Source: Azolla caroliniana
Lineage: Eukaryota; Plantae; Polypodiophyta
Assembly (NCBI GenBank): GCA_043228905.1
Contig: JBHGNT010001464.1
Span: 1 to 8,074 of the forward strand
Length of the DNA stretch: 8,074 nt
Direction of reading: 5' to 3'
A program made the translations under genes and the position numbers. The notes beneath the pieces were generated by a model. The model saw only the letters and a program-made list of their open reading frames with translations, searched no databases and was not told the origin of the DNA. The first letter of the stretch is position 1. The number at the start of each line of letters is the position of its first letter. This document shows positions 1 through 5,400 of the stretch, piece by piece.

Positions 1-499
1 AGTCGACAACGGTTTGGTTTGAACTGAACCGCAAAACCGTGGCTTAACGGTTTCAACGGTTCCGGTTCGGTTCACGTTTTTCTAAACAGGTTGGTTCGGT
101 TTCAATAGTAGAATCAGTGGTTTAAACGACTTAACAACTTTTTATTTATTTATTTTTAATTTAAAAAAATTATTTACAAAATTGTTTTTAAAGAATCTTT
201 TCATTTTCGAGCCTTATTCTCACATTTTAAAATCATTAAAATTTTGAAAAAATTTGAAAAAATGAAATATTTTAATTTTGAAAAATTAAAATAATGAAAT
301 ATTTTAATTTTGAAAAATTAAAATAATGAAATATTTTAACTTTAAAAATTTAAAAATTTAGACCTAAGTTGAAACCGAAACCAAACCACAAAACCGTGGT
401 TTTAACGGTTTGAAATTTTTTAACGGATTGGTTCAAGTTAATTTTTTTTAAACGGTTCGGTTTTGACACTCTAAAACCGAACCGAACCGTTGGCGATTG
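1..499. mobile_element. Putative non-autonomous DNA transposon (MITE, possibly hAT-like); left end at or just beyond the window edge
   Basis: 1-19 AGTCGACAACGGTTTGGTT matches the reverse complement of 480-498 (AATCGCCAACGGTTCGGTT) at 16/19. Both ends are dense in AACCG/CGGTT motifs around a very AT-rich core with no ORF. The TSD cannot be checked because the left flank is outside the window. Confidence 0.65.
261..350 (+). repeat. 32-bp tandem repeat, two exact copies plus a partial third, inside the MITE-like element
   Basis: AATGAAATATTTTAATTTTGAAAAATTAAAAT occurs exactly at 261-292 and 293-324; a degenerate partial copy starts at 325. Confidence 0.9.
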
Positions 500-813
500 T
501 GATGTGTGTGTGTTTTTTTTTTGGGGGGGGGGGTGTGATGTGTTGAGGAGGCTAAATTAATAAATAAAGCAAAGTTTAAGAAAAGATGAAGAATAAATGA
601 ATTGGAAAGGGATTGGAATCCTTCGGGCTAAAAACTTTAGAAATAAGAAAAGAAAGAAGAAGGAGCGATTTGATCGAAAGCAAAAAAAGCAAAACGCAAA
701 AGGGAATAAAAAGCGGAGAAGCGTTTTTTATATTCTCTGTGTCTTTTTGCTTTTTGCATTCAAATGCGCGGGCAAACGTGTGTGTGTGTGGAAAGCAAAA
801 AGCAGAACAGATA

Positions 814-930
814 TCTCTCTCTCTCTCTCTATCTCAGTCTCTCAGTCTCTCACTGTCTCTCTCTCTCTGTGTCTCTCAGTCTCTCACTGTCTCTCTCTTT
901 CTCTCTCTACCTCTCTCTCTCTCTCTCTCT
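814..930 (+). repeat. Interrupted (CT)n microsatellite / pyrimidine patch
   Basis: About 117 bp of CT repeats, interrupted by a duplicated CTCAGTCTCTCACTGTCT motif. Such tracts are typical of plant core promoters and 5' UTRs. Confidence 0.95.
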
Positions 931-978
931 GCCTGTGCGACTGTGCCCGTTGATGTCTGTGCTCTGAGACTGTCTGAT

Positions 979-1008
979 GAGAGAGAATGATTAGGAGTGA
1001 GAGAAAGA

Positions 1009-1039
<31 letters not shown>
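979..1039 (+). repeat. (GA)n microsatellite, pure from 1011 to 1039; candidate BBR/BPC GAGA element
   Basis: The GA run is seen directly. BBR/BPC binding to (GA)n is established for plants, but binding here is inference. Confidence 0.9.
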
Positions 1040-1044
<5 letters not shown>

Positions 1045-1056
1045 TCGGGGGGGTTT

Positions 1057-1299
1057 GCCTGTGTCCGTGACATTCATGAAGCTTTAATGGCGTTCTTCTG
1101 ATCCTTCTTTGCCTCCTCCGATTCTTCGTTTCCGTCACTGTGTGCGAAGAACGAGAGAAAGAGAAACAGAACGAGATCGACAACAGCTCGGCTCATTTTT
1201 TGTTCGTTCGTTCGTTCGTTCGTTCGTTCGTCTGTGGCCGCGGCATTCGTGAAGCTGCTGTAATGACTTTCTTCTGATTACTCCTCTGAATCTACGTTT
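1057..1299 (+). repeat. Diverged direct duplication (1057-1131 vs 1230-1299), each copy carrying overlapping tiny ORFs
   Basis: 1057-1102 aligns to 1230-1278 at 38/46 plus one 3-nt gap. 1113-1131 aligns to 1281-1299 at 16/19. Confidence 0.8.
1202..1230 (+). repeat. (GTTC)7 tetranucleotide microsatellite
   Basis: Perfect GTTC repeats read directly from the sequence. Confidence 0.95.
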
Positions 1300-1574
1300 G
1301 TTTCATCGACTCCCTTTGTCTGCTTCGCCATAGCTTCTTCAGTCTCTTTGTAAACGGACGGACGCATCAAGCAACACGAATGAAAAGAAAACATATCTTT
1401 CTTCTCTTCTCCGTCAATGCAGGTGATTCGAACCCAGTGCATTCCACGTCTTGCTGAAATAAAGTCTTTTGCACTCTTTCTTCCCGTACGATCTTTACTT
1501 TTTCTGCTCGATCTGATGCCTGATACCGCAGTTTCCTCTGAATCATCACGGTTTAGTACTTTTACATGATCCAC

Positions 1575-1910
1575 GCTCTGAATTGTGACGAATCCTTGCA
1601 GAAGTGTCAGGTTTTGTCCTTCACATACCAAAATCAACCTCAGGTTGCCATTGCTAGAAACAGTGCTTCAATTTCCTGATTTCATCTAAGGCTAAATCGT
1701 GCTCTGGATAAGATGAAGGTTTCATAAGGTTCTAAGGATCAAGTTTCAGCTCCTGTGTCAAGCTGAAGCTCAGGGGCCACTGTAGTTACATTGCTTCAGT
1801 TTTTGGGTTTCAAAGACTAAACCTAGCTCTGGATGGTACAAAGCATTATCAAGACTGGAATTATCAAGTTTCTATTTCACGCTAACTCTCAGGGGCCATA
1901 AGAGAAACAT
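1575..1910 (+). repeat. Degenerate ~120-130 bp tandem array, at least 3 copies
   Basis: Ordered anchors recur: GCTCTG(A/G)AT at 1575, 1701, 1826; TCA(G/A)GTTT at 1607, 1739, 1864; CTCAGG..GCCA at 1639, 1769, 1888. Confidence 0.65.
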
Positions 1911-2272
1911 AACACCAGTCTCTCCGTTAAGCTTGCATTGCAAAGGACGAATTCTTCTAATTCTGCAGAAGTATGCGATTCAAGATACAGTTCAGACGTT
2001 GCAAGCTTCTATTAGCCAAAACTTTGACCTGGAAATGAAAAAGGTTTCAAATGCAGCAGAAACTGTTCTTTGCTATTTCAGGTTTAAGTTAAGGCCATAT
2101 TTGCAGCTGCCTAGGTTCAGTTTCCTATAGCCAAGAAAACAAAGTCTTTTTCACAGAACTTCTTCACGCTTTTACAAATAAGAATATTGGTTTCGTTTAT
2201 GAACGGATGTGATTTTAGGCCGGTGCAGTAGCACAACTCTCTGCGTTTCGTTCACAGTGGGTCCAAGTAACC

Positions 2273-2456
2273 ATGGCGGCTGAAAGATCAACTGGTGCAC
2301 CGCAACGACGTTTCTCACGCTCTCTAACTAATACTGGACAATTCTCCTCTGACTTCAGAGACAGTGAGGTCGTCCCTTCTTCATTGTCACAGATCGGAAA
2401 CATACTAAGAGTGGCAAAAGAGATCGAAGATCAGAATGCAAGGATTGCCTACTTGT
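2273..2456 (+). CDS. CalS: CalS coding exon 1 (MAAERSTG...RIAYL-C)
   Basis: ATG in good context (ACCATGG); DSEVVPSSL motif; donor GTATGT at 2457, phase 1. Confidence 0.93.
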
Positions 2457-5400
2457 GTATGTGCTCCTTCATCAATACCACGCAAATCCAATCTTTTTCA
2501 TAAGATTTATGTTCTGAAGTTAATTTTTTGTTTTTGAATTTCTTGTTATCTGCAGGTCGATTCCATGCATTTGAAAAAGCACAACGATTAGATCCTCACT
2601 CAAGAGGTAGAGGAGTTCGCCAGTTTAAGACTGCGTTAATCCAGAGACTGGAAAAGGTAAATTGAGAGTATAAATCAAGGGTGATATGTTCCATGAGTGT
2701 GCTTAAATGTTTCTGGGTCTTACTTTACTCAGCAGTGCTTGTTTTGCGAACAAATCAACAGTGATCCATTGCATTAATTATTTAGAGACATTTCTCTGGA
2801 CTGTTAAAGATCTGTTTGTATTCAAGGAATGTAATCACTACCTGGGTGTACAACAGAATCACTATACTGGTGTACTAATACATATAAGCAACAACATATC
2901 ATTATATTAGTTAACTGGTACAAGGGGAATAATATATATCTATATGCATGCGCTCAAACATTGAATATAATCACTACATTAGCAGATCGATACAAGAAAA
3001 TCTGATCATCACACTAGTGTACTCATAGAAGGATCATAATCACTGTACAAGTTTACTGGTACCAGGAGCATAAACAATGTACTCGTTTACTGGCTCAAGG
3101 AACGTAATCACTAGACAAGTTTACTGTTGCCACATGCAGGATGGTGAAGAGACAGCCCACCAGAGATCAGAACCGACTGATGCGAAAGAAATGCGGAAGT
3201 TTTATCGATCATATTACGAGAACTATGTGAAGGCCCTGAGTGGAGCTGAACAGAAGGACAGGTAATTCTGATAATATTAGCTCACACCGTTGTCATTAGC
3301 ATGGCATTCTGCAGTAATTTGTTCCTTTGAGTTTGTGATTATTCTGCTATAATTCATTTCTTTGAGCTATGGTAATTTCTTTACAGAGCCGAGTTGGCTA
3401 AAGCATACCTGATAGCAGGGGTACTTTTCGAGGTCCTTTGTGCAGTGAACAACGATGAGGGTGTTGGTCCTGAGGTAATTTAGTCCTTGAAAGGCCAAGA
3501 ATAAAGACTAAATTTGTTCATGCAAACCTTACAGCTCCTATCCATGTGCAGATCATTGAGGCGAGCAGAGATGTTGAGGAAAAGAAGGAAATATATGCTG
3601 CTTACAACATTCTTCCTCTTGATAAAGATGGGGCATCTTTGGCAATTATGAATAGGGAGGAGGTACTTTGAAATAACATGAGAACACATTTGATTCTACA
3701 AGATTTTTGTATCTTAGTTTTTATGCCCATGCTTTGCAGGCTTTCTTAGTTTTTCTATATTTTAAAGGACTTTATAATAGTTGTAGATCTGTGTTGGAAT
3801 ATGCCTATGTTTTAGATGCTCTATTTCGCTCATGGTCACATGCTTCTCCTATAGCATGCCAGCATTTTTGTATATTTAGCGTTCTGTTTTGCTGTTGGTT
3901 TCTATTTCCTTCAATGTGCCAATAGCAAGAAAAACACTTAATGGATTCTAAGACGAGATTTATGTCTATTTCCTATTTTGGTCTAAAATGTAAAAGATTT
4001 TTTTTCTCAATGTGCCAGATATGTGCCGCTGTTGCTGCTCTGAGAAACATTAATTCATTGTTGTGGCCATCATCTAAAAAACCAGCAAAAGCTCTTACAT
4101 TGGACATATTAGACTGGTTGCAAGCTATGTTTGGATTCCAAGTAATCTTTCTTATTGATATTTTATCCTCAAACATTTGTCATGAATGCTTGACTTGCTG
4201 CTCAAATGTCAGGATTCCTTTATCTTGCAGAAAGATAATGTAGCCAATCAAAGGGAGCACCTTATTTTATTGCTTGCCAATATACATGTGCGGCTTTGTC
4301 CCAAACCTACTCTCAACTATAAGGTATTTGATGAATTCTAGTCAATTCTTGCTGTTTACCAAATATTTACAGCAGGTATCTATGGATCAGTTTCTAACTA
4401 GTTACTTATGAACTATGTCAGCTAGATAATCGTGCAGTTGACAAACTTAAGAGCAAATTGTTCAAGAACTATATGGATTGGTGTGAATTTTTGCGTCGAC
4501 AGAGCAATATAAGGTCTGGTTATTTGAGTTGCTGGAAATCTCTGAATTTTGTATTAACTTGTGTTTCAGTACACAACCTTATATGAGTGGAGCGATGTAA
4601 ACTGCAGTTTTTCACTTGGCCCAAATGCATCAAATGAAACAATTCAACAGCGAAACCTTCTCTTTATTGCACTCCACTTATTAATTTGGGGAGAAGCTGC
4701 GAATCTGAGATTCATGCCGGAATGCCTTTGCTACATCTTCCATAACGTATGTTATGAAAGTTCAGTATAATGTTTTGTTTCTTAATTGAAGAGCTTCAGA
4801 TTTGAATGCCTCTGCTACATCTTCCATTATGAAACTTCATTATAACCTTTTTCCTTTTCAATTTTGGTTTGTTATATGCAGTGTGAAAGTCAGGACACCG
4901 TCAATATATTCTCTATTGGGAATTTCAGATTGCATTTCAAGTTTTGAATATTTTTTTTAAAAATGCAGATGGCATCAGAGCTCAAGGGGATGCTCGGGAG
5001 TACTAGCATTGTTACTGGTGAGCATGTTATGGCTGCATATGGAGGAGATGAAGATTCATTTTTGAGAAAAGTTATAACACCAATATACAATGTGGTGGAG
5101 AAGGTGCCTCTTAATGATTCAAGATTATAGTTAGTCTGTTTTAGAATATTGTATTTGAATTTCAAACCATGAATTGCTTTTGCCCCGTAGGAAGTTAGCA
5201 ATAACAAGAATGGAACTGCAGCCCACTCAGCATGGAGGAATTATGATGATTTGAATGAATTTTTCTGGTAATGTCTTTCATATTGTCCATCATAGATATC
5301 ATTTAGTTCTGGAATCGTTTAAAATTTATAAATAATAGATTTAACGTCTTGCCATCCTAATGCTTGCAGGTCAAATGAATGTTTTCAGCTGAATTGGCCT

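Noticed and set aside
500-545. (TG)n, poly-T and poly-G run as a G-quadruplex or element tail
   Set aside because: A single G homopolymer in simple sequence, possibly with uncertain homopolymer length; no support for function.
743-802. 11-bp inverted repeat CTTTTTGCTTT/AAAGCAAAAAG, plus nearby TATA-like, CGCG and AACGTG motifs
   Set aside because: Low complexity or too short to separate from chance without TSS data.
597-1183. Five ORFs on both strands with SLSLSL or ERERER runs
   Set aside because: They stay open only because CT/GA microsatellites lack stop codons; low complexity and no recognisable domain.
1278-1637. 119-aa and 60-aa minus-strand ORFs
   Set aside because: No recognisable motif or splice structure. 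They are the antisense reading of a pyrimidine-rich leader.
1933-2130. 65-aa plus-strand ORF as an N-terminal CalS exon or uORF
   Set aside because: It starts at TTG rather than ATG and shows no CalS similarity. ATG 2273 already gives a normal-length N-terminus.
2822-3126. CRISPR-like reading of the intron 2 repeats
   Set aside because: Eukaryotic intron; the repeats are short, degenerate and irregularly spaced, and there are no cas genes.
4561-4607. Alternative exon 9 acceptor TTTCAG ending at 4569
   Set aside because: Out of phase with the phase-2 donor of exon 8, so it would frameshift.
3480-5207. Antisense ORFs 3480-3689, 3973-4176 and 4890-5207
   Set aside because: Shadows of the CalS exons on the opposite strand, with no independent coding evidence.
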